Of a stretch of DNA of 64,000 nucleotides, positions 45,199 to 55,086 are shown piece after piece (the first letter of the stretch is position 1; each line of letters starts with the position of its first letter). This DNA is from an uncultured Clostridia bacterium (GTDB lineage: Bacteria; Bacillota; Clostridia; Christensenellales; UBA1242), in assembly GCA_934747385.1 (NCBI GenBank), contig CAKVGK010000003.1:3679-67678 (forward strand), written 5' to 3'. The notes beneath the pieces are model-generated. The model searched no databases. It saw only the letters and a list, made by a program, of their open reading frames with translations, and was not told the DNA's origin. The position numbers were made by a program, and so were the translations under genes.

Positions 45199-48100
45199 CT
45201 AAATCTTATCGTTTACGCTGTAACGTTCTTTTTTGCGTTTGCGGACGATTATAAACACTATAATAATTATCAACAAAAGCAAAATTCCAAGCGAAATGAT
45301 GAGAATAAGTTGCCATTGTTTTAAAAGCACTCTCTGTTGAATAAGAACAAAAGTTAAAGGCTGATAATTTGTTTGACTTAAATCAACAATCAACTGATCG
45401 CCTTGCTGAGAGTAGTCAAGTTCAACCGAATTGTTGCCTGTTAACATTAAAACATTTGTTAACCTTTCTGCATTTGGAAGAACCAAAGTCAAGTTATTGT
45501 CCAGATAAGTGTTGATATTGTTGTTTTCAAACATAATTCTGTAGCCAACAACAAAATTTCTGTTTCTGTTCAAATATCTTGAAATGTTTGAGTACAATTC
45601 CACATATTCAGGGCTGTCAGCATAAACCAAATCGACCTTCAATTTGGCATCAATTGGAATTAAACCTGCCAATTCGTGCCTTGTTGTTTCCGCTGCGCCA
45701 ATCAAGCCTTTGTTGTTTCGCACTTCAATTGTGCCAAAGTCTTTAATTCGTTTGCTAACACTATATGGGTAAATGTTTGCGGTTGTGCCGTTGACCTTTA
45801 TTTTGTAGTTGCTTGCGTCCTCACCTTTTAACGCTTTGGTTGCGTCTATGTTGACGTTGATATTGTAACCAATTGGCACTTTTCCGTCAATACCTTTTGC
45901 AAAAGTTAAAACCAAATCTTCAATATTAGGCGCATAAATTTCGTCGCCTGAAATGATATTGTTCCATTGTAGAGTTGTTTCAATGCTGTATTCTGCCTTG
46001 TCTGTGCCGTCATAAACCTTGTCATAAACCTTAACGCCAGACAAAATGATTTCACGTTTGTTAACCTTCATTGCGTTTTCAAACAACAAACTTGAATTGA
46101 TTAAACTGAAGTTTGTGTTGCCAAAACCAATGTTTGTGAGCAAAATGTTCAAATACTTGCCGTCCTCAGTTGCCATGCCTGAATTTACTTGAGCGTCACC
46201 ATTCGTGTAAGTTGTGGTTGCTTTTAACACGCTCAAATTCAAACTCATGTTTTCGTTTGTTGGTGAGTAACTGTAAGTTCTGCTGCCATCTGTGAAATAA
46301 ACATATTTAAGTAAATCGGCAATGTTTGTGAAAATAAAATTGTTTTTGCCAACATATTCCTTTTCGTAAGGTTGTTTGCGGTTAAATGTTTCGTTATTAA
46401 CCTTAAGTTCCAAATCCTTAGGGCTAATCACAACGAACAAATCTTTATCATAACTCAATGAAGAAAGCCAAGACCAATTGCCAGAGCCATCAAAGGTTAA
46501 TTTAACTTTGTATGTGCCTGCGTCAATCAATTTGGACTCTTCATTTTCAAAACCTATTGTAACATTGTTTTTAATGATATTTTTGTGATATGAAATGTTG
46601 ACATAATCTTTCAAAATATCTGCAATTTGAATGTGGAAAGTTGAATTTTGACCAATTGTCAAACTTTGTTCCAAGCCGTTGCCAAGTTGGTCGCACTGGA
46701 AGGTGAAATTAAACTTATTGTCCTGAGTGTTAATTGTTAACACTGGTTGAACTTGAAGTTCCACATATAAATCTTCAATAAATCGGTAATCAAAGCTTTT
46801 GCTCTCAAGTGAAATGCTTGAAATGCCATATTTTTCAAAATCCTCAATCGAAATTGTTTGAATTAAATCTCCTTTCACATTTGCCAAGTTGACCCTTGAA
46901 TAATTTGAGGCTGGTTTTAACGCATACAATTTTAGTCCTGTTATGATGAAATAGTTATTGTAATCGCGATAATTATTTATAAAGCCATAAGAAATATATT
47001 CTTTACCCAAGAAATGCAATTCGTTGAACAATCTGTCTGAGCCACGGCTGCTGACTGCACCTGAGCCAAATCCGTATTTGCGTTCATAAGACATACTGAA
47101 TATAACGCTGTTGCTTGAACTGTCTTTGTAAAAACCTGTGTTTGTGCTGTTTTCTGGCACATTGGTTGTTAAAACAAGTTTTTTGGTTTTAATTTGATAG
47201 TAGATGAAAATGTTGAAACTATCGTCCATGGACAAGCAGTTGTTGTTCAACATGTCCGAAATATAAAATTCCAAAACATATTTGCCATTTCCGCGATCAG
47301 CAATGACCAAACTTCCGTTTGTGTTGTCGTAAACAAAAGCAGAGATAAGTTCAATGCCATTTGCCAAACTGAATTGGATATTAGAAATGTCTATGGTTTT
47401 TAAGTTGATTTTTATTCTCAATTTATAATTTTCAATTGTAACTGTTGAAGAGCTATCTAAGCTTGATTCGTTGCCAATTGAATCAATAATGCTGAATTCA
47501 ATGTTTGCGTAATCATCTGGTGTGAGCAACAAATCACCTTTGTTGAGGTCGGTTGAGCCTATGTTTGCGGCTTTCACACTATAAGAGATTTCAATATAAT
47601 CATATTTCACATGGAAAATGATTGAGTAAACATTGTTTTCGTCCAACTCTGCATAATATTTGCTGATTTGGAATTCAGGGTCTTTGAAAACCGTGTTGGA
47701 ATAGGTATAATATTTAACGTTTGCATTATAAACTTTGCTGTTGTTGCGCTTAAATTCGCCAGCAGCCAAAACAAATAGAGTTTTCCAATCAGTGTTCCAA
47801 TATGTTTCGCTGTAAGTATAAGGTTCAAATGCTGAGAAGAAATCCACTCTTGTGGTGACTTTTTGATAATATTCTCTGCCTTCTTGATATTCCTCTGTGT
47901 TCAAAATGTATTGGTTGTCCACATAAACATACAGGGTTGATTTAACTTGCTCAAATTCTTCTGGTGTGCATGGGTACGTCACAAATTCGCTTTTATAATA
48001 ATACATGCTTGTAAAGCGCCAACCATTTTGTCTATCTGCGTTTGTGTCAATTGTAAGTTCATCAAAACGTGAAATTTTGTTTGTTATTTCTTTAGTGTAA

Positions 48101-51100
48101 GCATTTTTGATTGTTACAATTGGGCTTTTTGTGTTGCCATGAGTTTCAATGCGGATTGAATATGAATTGTAATTCAACTTGTATTCAACAATTTGATTTG
48201 CTGTGAGTTTATTAATAAACAAAGTTGTTAAATTTGAACTGAATCCTGCTTGTGGGTCGTAAATCCAACCATATGGCGACATGCCTTGTTGATTGATTTC
48301 GTCTGCAATAATTTGAATTTGTGCCCCATAAGGAATGTTGAAGAACATTCTTGATTTGTTATTAACCTGAGAGTTGACTGGCTGACCATTTAATAGCATT
48401 GTTACATTTGGGAAACTAACTTCATTATCATATTCACCCTTGCTTGTTGCCAAACTATAGTTGACTGTGATTGTGTAAGTGTGTTGAGTGTAAACAATGA
48501 ACATATTAAGGGTGATAACATTGTCAACCTTAATGCCATAACTATCAATCAAATCGCTAAGTTCAGTTGAAGTGAAATCGTATTTATAAATATTAGAAGA
48601 ATAATTGTTTGTATTTGCTGCATTGCTAAACTTGCCCATTCCAAGTTGGTTTTTGAAATAAACTTCACCTGCATAATAGCCCTCTGGCATTTCAAATTGA
48701 ACATTAAGTTTTTCCATTGAAATGTCAAAACTGCCCAGTGCTGTTGGTTCGTCCTCAACTGAATAAGCATAACTAACATTGAGTTTGTAATTTATTAAGT
48801 TTGTTAAAATTTCCAAAGTGTGCACAAACGTTGAGTTTGAAGTTGTGAAATCAAACACATATTGGTTGGTTAAATCCTTTGCCAAATATTCAACCTCGTT
48901 GAACTTGTAGCCTTTCAATTCATAGCCTGAAGCAAAAGATGCAGCCAAATATAATTTATATGCTCTTGATGGAATTAATTCCTTTGTTGTGAAGTCGATT
49001 TTTGTGTTGTCAACTGTGTCCAACACATATGTTTTGCCAAGGTCGATTGATTGCTGCAAGTCATATGCTGCTGCATTGTCAACTGAAACATTGAGCCACA
49101 AACCTGGCATGGAATAGATTACAAAAATTTCAATGTCTTTTTTAACCTGATAACTTGTTGCCTTTGAATTCGGGTCTTCCACCGCCACCAAACTGAAGTT
49201 TGATTGGAAGTTTTCTGTGAAGCGGTTGAACAAATAATAAGTTGGAGTTTCACTTGAACTGTCGATGCATTTTGCGGTTGAAATGAGTTTAAGATATTCG
49301 AACATTTTCAAATTTTCAACAACGAGTTTTGCTTCTTCGCCGCCAAATTCATAATATTTAATGCTGTCTGTTTGATTGGCTTTGTTGTAAATTGTGCCAT
49401 TGTATTCAACACTTAAGTCAGCCATTAAAATTTTAATGTTTTCGCTGTTGAAAGCACCTTTGAGCGTGAAAGTTACTGTGTAAGTTTGATAGTCCTCAAA
49501 ATCAAATATGTCGATTATATTAGTGTTGGCATTGTCGTACGTTGACAAAAATTCTTGTGTTATGGTTATGCTAAAAGTGTTGCCATCGTAAATTTTGGTT
49601 GCTGCATCAAACCCGAAACCTAAAAATTTAAAGCCTTGGTTTGCTGTGGCAACAAAAGTTAAAACATCTCCAATTTTAACAGTTTTTTCAAATTCCAAAT
49701 TTGCGTTTGCATTGTTCAAATTTAACAAAGTTGAACTGGTTAGGTTGCCGTCACGGTCAACGTCCATTGCAAGGCTTGCAACTGGGTAGATATTCTTTGT
49801 GCCGTCGTTTAAATTTATGTGATTTATGTTTTTAAACGAAACTGTGTAATATTTTTCTTCAAACAACATTAAAACTGTTTTGTTTGTGGGTTTTGTTTTG
49901 TGAATGGAAATTGTTGTTGTGACTGCTGGTGCAGTTCCCAGATTGAGCATCATATTTTTGGTGTTTTCCTCTGTCACAAAGCCAACGAAATTGTACCCCA
50001 CATTATTTGAAATGTCTGTTTTTGTTATTGTTTCGCTGGTTGTGCCGCGCTCCAACATTAAACTTTCTTCAACGTTGAAGTTGCCGTCAAGTTCTCTAAA
50101 TTTTCTTGCAGTTGCGTCGTACAAAACAAATTTAAAGTTGACTGTGTAAAGCACTGGTGTGTAGTTAACAACGACTTCAAAATTTTGGTCAATTGCTTGA
50201 CTTAAATTCAAATTGTTTTGATTAATGCTTTCGCTAACAGGTGCATAAGTTGAGCTTAAACTTTCAAAAGTGTAATAATCGTAACCACTATTTGCAATTT
50301 TTTCATTAGCTGTAAGTTTAAAGCCAACCACATTTTGTGCGGTGCTTGCGTCTTTAACAAAATATTTTTTGTTTTGTTCGATAACTGAATAATAACTGCT
50401 TACATTAACATTCAAAGCGTTAAAAATGAAATCTTGGTTCTCGCCCGCTGGTTGGTTGTTGATTGTTGGAACGATTGAAGCAATGTAAAGTTTGTCATAT
50501 TCAACTGCAATTGCTGCCAATTGAGTTTTGCTTTCTTGCATTTTGAAAGCAACCTGAATGGTTTTGGTTCGGTTAAATTCGTCTTTTGTTAAAGCAAAAC
50601 TTGCTTCACCAGTTTGAGTTAATTCAATGGTTTTTTCATCAATATTAATTTTAACACCAGTAACATCCACATTGGTGCTTGAAGTTAAACCTTCCAAATC
50701 GATTGCAACATTTGTTGTGAAATTAACCTGTTCGTTAAACCTAAATCTGCCGCGGGAAAGTTCAATTTTTTGCGTCAAACTTGCCTCGCTGCCATTTGGT
50801 TGATAATAATTAAGAGTGTAATATGTGTTGGTTCCGTCGTCGCAATAAACTTCGCCAAAATAATAATATTTTTCATTTGTCTTCAAAAATGAATTGGAAT
50901 ATTTGGTTGTGCCATTTTCATTAATGCTTTCACCAAAAAACAAATCCTGCCCTTCGCCAATGTTTACAGATTGCCATTTGGTGCTATCGCCTAAATTGTC
51001 CAGTTTCAGCAATTGTGTTGCGTCAACATTGCTATAAATGAAGTCAAACACTGGGTCAATTGTCACGTTTTCAACCACTTGGTCGAATGTGAGAAGAGAA

Positions 51101-51561
51101 TAGTCAAAATAACCATCTCCGTTTTTGTCTTGATATGTTAAGGTGTATTTAACTGAAAATGATTGTTCAAATTCAGCTGCTTGATATGTAATTTCAAAAT
51201 CGGTTGAACTATAAATTTGTTCACCGTTTTCAATTGTTTGCTCGCCAAGTTTTCTTGTTGTGGAATATTGTTTTGAAACGTCATCTGTAAAAACCACTCT
51301 CCAGCCCACAATTTGAAAACCTTGATTAGCGGTTGCTTTGATTGGTTCAACATTCTTTTCGCCAAGCAGATATTCGTCGTAACCAGTTGAAACACCGGCG
51401 TCAACGTCTGCCTCGTAAGGCAAATTATTGTTAATCAAAAATGTTGCTGTTTTTGTTTTTTCAACATTGGCAGCATAGGTCACTTTTTGAGGCAGCGAAA
51501 CAACAAGTGCCAAAACTGCCACAACCAAACCAAATATTAACCCAAATGCTTTTCTTTTCAT
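45199..51561 (-). CDS. Giant (about 2120 aa) surface protein: signal peptide, many beta-rich repeats, C-terminal MBG-type domain and TM anchor
   Basis: The track ORF starts at TTG 51564. I prefer ATG 51561 (GAGGA SD), which overlaps the trxB stop as TGATG. Signal peptide is MKRKAFGLIFGLVVAVLALVVSLPQKVTYA. Near the C-terminus, VYDKVYDGTDKAEY...ASNYKIKVNGTTANIYP is MBG-like, followed by LILIISLGILLLLIIIIVFIIV-RKRKKE. Confidence 0.8.
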   Translation of the reverse strand: MKRKAFGLIFGLVVAVLALVVSLPQKVTYAANVEKTKTATFLINNNLPYEADVDAGVSTGYDEYLLGEKNVEPIKATANQGFQIVGWRVVFTDDVSKQYSTTRKLGEQTIENGEQIYSSTDFEITYQAAEFEQSFSVKYTLTYQDKNGDGYFDYSLLTFDQVVENVTIDPVFDFIYSNVDATQLLKLDNLGDSTKWQSVNIGEGQDLFFGESINENGTTKYSNSFLKTNEKYYYFGEVYCDDGTNTYYTLNYYQPNGSEASLTQKIELSRGRFRFNEQVNFTTNVAIDLEGLTSSTNVDVTGVKINIDEKTIELTQTGEASFALTKDEFNRTKTIQVAFKMQESKTQLAAIAVEYDKLYIASIVPTINNQPAGENQDFIFNALNVNVSSYYSVIEQNKKYFVKDASTAQNVVGFKLTANEKIANSGYDYYTFESLSSTYAPVSESINQNNLNLSQAIDQNFEVVVNYTPVLYTVNFKFVLYDATARKFRELDGNFNVEESLMLERGTTSETITKTDISNNVGYNFVGFVTEENTKNMMLNLGTAPAVTTTISIHKTKPTNKTVLMLFEEKYYTVSFKNINHINLNDGTKNIYPVASLAMDVDRDGNLTSSTLLNLNNANANLEFEKTVKIGDVLTFVATANQGFKFLGFGFDAATKIYDGNTFSITITQEFLSTYDNANTNIIDIFDFEDYQTYTVTFTLKGAFNSENIKILMADLSVEYNGTIYNKANQTDSIKYYEFGGEEAKLVVENLKMFEYLKLISTAKCIDSSSETPTYYLFNRFTENFQSNFSLVAVEDPNSKATSYQVKKDIEIFVIYSMPGLWLNVSVDNAAAYDLQQSIDLGKTYVLDTVDNTKIDFTTKELIPSRAYKLYLAASFASGYELKGYKFNEVEYLAKDLTNQYVFDFTTSNSTFVHTLEILTNLINYKLNVSYAYSVEDEPTALGSFDISMEKLNVQFEMPEGYYAGEVYFKNQLGMGKFSNAANTNNYSSNIYKYDFTSTELSDLIDSYGIKVDNVITLNMFIVYTQHTYTITVNYSLATSKGEYDNEVSFPNVTMLLNGQPVNSQVNNKSRMFFNIPYGAQIQIIADEINQQGMSPYGWIYDPQAGFSSNLTTLFINKLTANQIVEYKLNYNSYSIRIETHGNTKSPIVTIKNAYTKEITNKISRFDELTIDTNADRQNGWRFTSMYYYKSEFVTYPCTPEEFEQVKSTLYVYVDNQYILNTEEYQEGREYYQKVTTRVDFFSAFEPYTYSETYWNTDWKTLFVLAAGEFKRNNSKVYNANVKYYTYSNTVFKDPEFQISKYYAELDENNVYSIIFHVKYDYIEISYSVKAANIGSTDLNKGDLLLTPDDYANIEFSIIDSIGNESSLDSSSTVTIENYKLRIKINLKTIDISNIQFSLANGIELISAFVYDNTNGSLVIADRGNGKYVLEFYISDMLNNNCLSMDDSFNIFIYYQIKTKKLVLTTNVPENSTNTGFYKDSSSNSVIFSMSYERKYGFGSGAVSSRGSDRLFNELHFLGKEYISYGFINNYRDYNNYFIITGLKLYALKPASNYSRVNLANVKGDLIQTISIEDFEKYGISSISLESKSFDYRFIEDLYVELQVQPVLTINTQDNKFNFTFQCDQLGNGLEQSLTIGQNSTFHIQIADILKDYVNISYHKNIIKNNVTIGFENEESKLIDAGTYKVKLTFDGSGNWSWLSSLSYDKDLFVVISPKDLELKVNNETFNRKQPYEKEYVGKNNFIFTNIADLLKYVYFTDGSRTYSYSPTNENMSLNLSVLKATTTYTNGDAQVNSGMATEDGKYLNILLTNIGFGNTNFSLINSSLLFENAMKVNKREIILSGVKVYDKVYDGTDKAEYSIETTLQWNNIISGDEIYAPNIEDLVLTFAKGIDGKVPIGYNINVNIDATKALKGEDASNYKIKVNGTTANIYPYSVSKRIKDFGTIEVRNNKGLIGAAETTRHELAGLIPIDAKLKVDLVYADSPEYVELYSNISRYLNRNRNFVVGYRIMFENNNINTYLDNNLTLVLPNAERLTNVLMLTGNNSVELDYSQQGDQLIVDLSQTNYQPLTFVLIQQRVLLKQWQLILIISLGILLLLIIIIVFIIVRKRKKERYSVNDKI

Positions 51562-52454
51562 CAATCCTCTATGCAGCTGTTGGCAGCAATTGCCCCTTCC
51601 GCAACTGACGCAACGACCTGTTTAAAGTTTTTGCTTAAAATATCCCCACATGCGTATAAATATTTTACACTTGTTTGCATGCTTTCGTCAACTAAAACAT
51701 AGCCATTTTTGTCCTTTTTGATATTTATATCAACAAACTCCAAGTCAGGGACATAGCCAATAGCAACAAATAGGCCGTCAACTTTCAATTTTTTTGTTAA
51801 ATTTTTTTGTTTTATGATTAAACCTTCAAGTTGTGCTTCACCTTGCAACTGCTCTATGGTTGCCGAGGTTAAAATTTCCACATTTTTAACTGCTTTTATT
51901 TTTTCGATTTCATTACTATTTGCCCTAAAGCCTTCCCTGCGATGAATTAAATACACTTTTTTTGCCAAGCGAGCCAAATATTTTACGTCTGTAACCGCAG
52001 TGTTGCCACCGCCCACAACTGCAACATTTTTGCCCTTAAAGAATGCTCCATCGCAACTTGCGCAATAACTAACACCTTTGCCAATCAACTTTTGCTCGTT
52101 ATCTAATCCCAAAGTTCTTGCCTTGGCACCGCATGCAAGAATAACTTTTTTTGCCGTGTGATTGTTTTGTTTTGTTTTAACACTGAACCCTGTTTTTGTT
52201 TTGCTAAGTTTTTCAACTGTTTCATATTCAATTTTAAGCCCTACTTTGGTGGCTTGATTTGCAATTTTTTGCCCAAGTTCAAAACCTGAAATGGATTCAA
52301 AGCCAGGATAGTTTTCAATTTCAGCAGACAAACATGCCTGACCACCTAGGCACAATTTTTCCAAGCACAAAGTTTTAAGCCCAGCACGACACGCAAAAAT
52401 GCCAGCCGAAAGTCCTGCTGGCCCTCCCCCTATGATTATTACATCAAATTTCAT
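51561..52454 (-). CDS. trxB: Thioredoxin-disulfide reductase
   Basis: I prefer ATG 52454 (MKFDVIIIGGGPAGLSAGIFA) within track ORF 51561..52544. Redox CASCDG motif and a second dinucleotide fold, VAVVGGGNTAVTD. Confidence 0.9.
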   Translation of the reverse strand: MKFDVIIIGGGPAGLSAGIFACRAGLKTLCLEKLCLGGQACLSAEIENYPGFESISGFELGQKIANQATKVGLKIEYETVEKLSKTKTGFSVKTKQNNHTAKKVILACGAKARTLGLDNEQKLIGKGVSYCASCDGAFFKGKNVAVVGGGNTAVTDVKYLARLAKKVYLIHRREGFRANSNEIEKIKAVKNVEILTSATIEQLQGEAQLEGLIIKQKNLTKKLKVDGLFVAIGYVPDLEFVDINIKKDKNGYVLVDESMQTSVKYLYACGDILSKNFKQVVASVAEGAIAANSCIED

Positions 52455-52651
52455 ACTATTATTGTACCCAAATAAGCAAAATTTTCCAAATACTTTAACA
52501 ATTTTTTGACTATTTTTACCAAATAAATTATCATTTGGTTTCAATTAAATTCGTTGTTTTTGTCCGCTCAATTTTAGAAAATGTGACAATTTGCACAACA
52601 TGTTGTGTATTATATGCCAGTTTCACAAATTCTTCAAAAAGACATATACCC

Positions 52652-52680
52652 TTGACAAATTTAATATTTTATGATAGAAT
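52652..52680 (+). promoter_or_regulatory. Promoter: TTGACA, 17-nt spacer containing TGn, then TAGAAT
   Basis: TTGACA at 52652-52657 and TGATAGAAT at 52672-52680, about 170 nt upstream of the ferredoxin ATG. Confidence 0.5.
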
Positions 52681-52850
52681 TAAAAAAGCAGTTTGTTTAA
52701 AATTTGCCAAAAAAATTCAATTAAAAAACACAAAAATTAAGGCAATTTAATTTATGAACTTCTAAATAATTCTGCAAATATTCGGGCTTTAAAAATATTG
52801 CATTTGTTGCAAAAAATCGCAAAAAAGCATAAATAATAAAGGAGAAAATT

Positions 52851-53036
52851 ATGGTAGACAAATCTAAGTGCATTTCGTGTGGAGCTTGCATTTCCATCTG
52901 CCCTGTTAACGCAATCAAGTTTGTGGACGGCAAGGCTGAAATCAACCCAAAGAAATGTATTAAATGTGGCAGTTGTGAACAATTTTGCCCAGTGTCCGCA
53001 ATAAAAATTAATAAAGAAGAAAATAAGGACAAATAA
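52851..53036 (+). CDS. 2x[4Fe-4S] ferredoxin
   Basis: 61-aa ORF with an AAAGGAGAAAA SD and two CxxCxxCxxxCP motifs (CISCGACISICP, CIKCGSCEQFCP). Confidence 0.88.
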   Translation: MVDKSKCISCGACISICPVNAIKFVDGKAEINPKKCIKCGSCEQFCPVSAIKINKEENKDK

Positions 53037-53060
53037 ATGTTTTAAACCATTTGTTTGAAC

Positions 53061-53091
53061 AAAAAAAGCAAGTTTGTCTTGCTTTTTTTTT
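53061..53091. terminator. Bidirectional intrinsic terminator (ferredoxin / recN)
   Basis: AAAAAAA-GCAAG-tttgt-CTTGC-TTTTTTTTT. Confidence 0.75.
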
Positions 53092-53141
53092 GCTTTTTGA
53101 AGCAATAATTTAGTTTAGTTTTAAGTGTTAATTCAACAAAT

Positions 53142-54824
53142 TTAAACTGATTTTTTGTAGTCGTTACATTTTTGTTTTAATTCCGCCGCAACAGTTGTGT
53201 TGGTTGACGCCACACCCATAAGGCGAGCAATCTCCGCAAATAGTTTTTCACCCTCAAGAATTGTTGCCTGTGTTTTTGTTGTGCCGTTGGAAGAGTGTTT
53301 TTCAACTTTCAAATTATTGTCTGCCATTGCGCAAATTTGTGGCAAGTGGCTAACTGCAATTATCTGTTTGTTTTGGCTTAATCTTGCCATATATTCCGCA
53401 ACAACCATGGCAATGTTGCCGCTCAAGCCGCTGTCAATTTCATCAAACACAATTGTTTGAATTTCGTCCACTTCGCTAACAACAATTTTATAAGCCAACA
53501 TAACGCGGCTCATTTCACCACCAGAAACGACCTTGTTAAGTTCTTTCAACTCAAAACCAAGGTTGGAACTAAACATAAAATCTACTCTGTCCGCGCCTGT
53601 GGAACTATACTGCTCGGCAATGCGGTCAAACTTAATGTCAAGTTGAGCATTCGGCATACCCAAAGTGCGCAATTCATCTTCCATTTTCTTGCACAATATT
53701 TTGGCAGTTTTTTTGCGCAAATCTGTCAATTTTTCCTGTTCTTGCAACAAGTTTTCCACAACTTGTTCACGTTCAGTGTGCAATTTCTGGTATAACTCTG
53801 CACTGTTGTTCAAATTAAACAAATTGTTTTCTGTTTTGTGGAGATATTCAATCATATTTTCATAATTACCGCCATACTTGCGAAACAAAGATTTTAACAA
53901 ATCAAGGCGAGAATCAATAAAATCAAAACGCTCTTGGTCAAAAACATTGTTGTTTAAAATTTCCAAAGCGGTTTCGTTTATATCGTTAAGTTCAATTTCA
54001 ACACTTTTAATTCTGTTTGCAAGGGTTGAATACTTTTCGCCAAAATCTGTTAAGTTGTTAAGCAATTTTTCGCTATTGCTGATGTTTTCCACTGCGGAAT
54101 TTGAGTATCCATTTTTGTAGCAAGCGGACAAAAACTCCTGTAAATTGGCATTAATTTTTTCAAATTGTTGCATTGTGCGTTTTTCTTCTGTCAGTTGTTC
54201 AAATTCGTTTGACTGCACATTTGCATTTGTGATTTCATCAATTTGATAACTGTACAAATCAATCAAATTTTGCTTTTCCTTTTCATCTCCGCCCAGAGCT
54301 TTAATTTGAGAGTCAATTGAATGAATTTTTTCAATATATTGATTAATTTTAATTAAAAAACTATCGGCAGTTTTGCTAAAAAGATCTATTATTTTAAGTT
54401 GATAATCATTGTCCAAAATTGCAAGGTGTTCACTTTGCCCATGCACGTCAACCAACTTTAAGCAAATCTTTTTAACCATAGCAACAGGCACAAGTTCGCC
54501 ATTGATTTTGCAGATATTTTTACCATTAATGTCCAACTCGCGTGACAAAAACATTTCTTCCCCGCACTCTATGCCCAATTGGTCTTTAACAAACTGAATG
54601 TGAGATTTGCTTAAACCAGTAAAAATGGCTTCCACTTTCATTTTGGTTTCGCCAGAGCGAATGAGTGATTTATCACTTCTGCCACCAAAAACAAAACTCA
54701 ATGAGTCCAGCATAATGCTTTTGCCCGCACCAGTTTCACCACTGATAACATTGAGTTTATTGTCAAAATTTAGGGTTGCGCTGTCCACTAGCGCAACGTT
54801 TTGTATATTTAAAGTTTGTAACAT
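53142..54824 (-). CDS. recN: DNA repair protein RecN
   Basis: 560-aa ORF: MLQTLNIQNVALVDSATLNF...ISGETGAGKSIMLDSL (Walker A), a long coiled coil, and C-terminal SGGEMSRVMLA...VFDEIDSG. No SD is visible upstream of the ATG. Confidence 0.93.
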   Translation of the reverse strand: MLQTLNIQNVALVDSATLNFDNKLNVISGETGAGKSIMLDSLSFVFGGRSDKSLIRSGETKMKVEAIFTGLSKSHIQFVKDQLGIECGEEMFLSRELDINGKNICKINGELVPVAMVKKICLKLVDVHGQSEHLAILDNDYQLKIIDLFSKTADSFLIKINQYIEKIHSIDSQIKALGGDEKEKQNLIDLYSYQIDEITNANVQSNEFEQLTEEKRTMQQFEKINANLQEFLSACYKNGYSNSAVENISNSEKLLNNLTDFGEKYSTLANRIKSVEIELNDINETALEILNNNVFDQERFDFIDSRLDLLKSLFRKYGGNYENMIEYLHKTENNLFNLNNSAELYQKLHTEREQVVENLLQEQEKLTDLRKKTAKILCKKMEDELRTLGMPNAQLDIKFDRIAEQYSSTGADRVDFMFSSNLGFELKELNKVVSGGEMSRVMLAYKIVVSEVDEIQTIVFDEIDSGLSGNIAMVVAEYMARLSQNKQIIAVSHLPQICAMADNNLKVEKHSSNGTTKTQATILEGEKLFAEIARLMGVASTNTTVAAELKQKCNDYKKSV

Positions 54825-55020
54825 AAGCTAAATAAAAATAATAATTTTTTAACTTTAAATACAATTTATCGAATTACGCTAGTTTTGAGATAAATTATAA
54901 TTAAAGTTTGTAACATAAGCTAAATAAAATTATATATTTTAAACTTTAAATTTACAATTTATCACATTACGTTAGTTTTGAGATAAATTATATTTTTAAA
55001 GTTTGTAACATAAGCTAAAA
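54810..55020. repeat. Tandem repeat, period 92-95 bp: two full units plus a partial third; each contains a copy of the recN start (ATGTTACAAACTTTAA)
   Basis: TAAAGTTTGTAACATAAGCTAAA occurs at 54810, 54902 and 54997. The units also share AACTTTAAAT, AATTTATC...TTAGTTTTGAGATAAATTATA and an 8-bp inverted repeat AATTTATC/GATAAATT. Confidence 0.9.
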
Positions 55021-55086
55021 TTTTGTTTTAATTAAAAATATAATTCGCCAACTTTTTGTGACAAATCATATTTGTGTTGATTAAGA

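Noticed and set aside
51561-51563. Alternative genetic code (TGA read as Trp, as in Mollicutes-like AT-rich genomes)
   Set aside because: TGA functions as a stop (for example at the trxB end), and conserved proteins terminate at their expected lengths under the standard code.
54810-55020. Possible CRISPR array (regularly spaced repeats). The 32-nt repeats at 40223-40309 were considered in the same way.
   Set aside because: There are only 2-3 copies. The whole 92-95 bp unit is repeated, not short repeats separated by unique spacers. The repeats include a gene start codon. There are no cas genes in the window.
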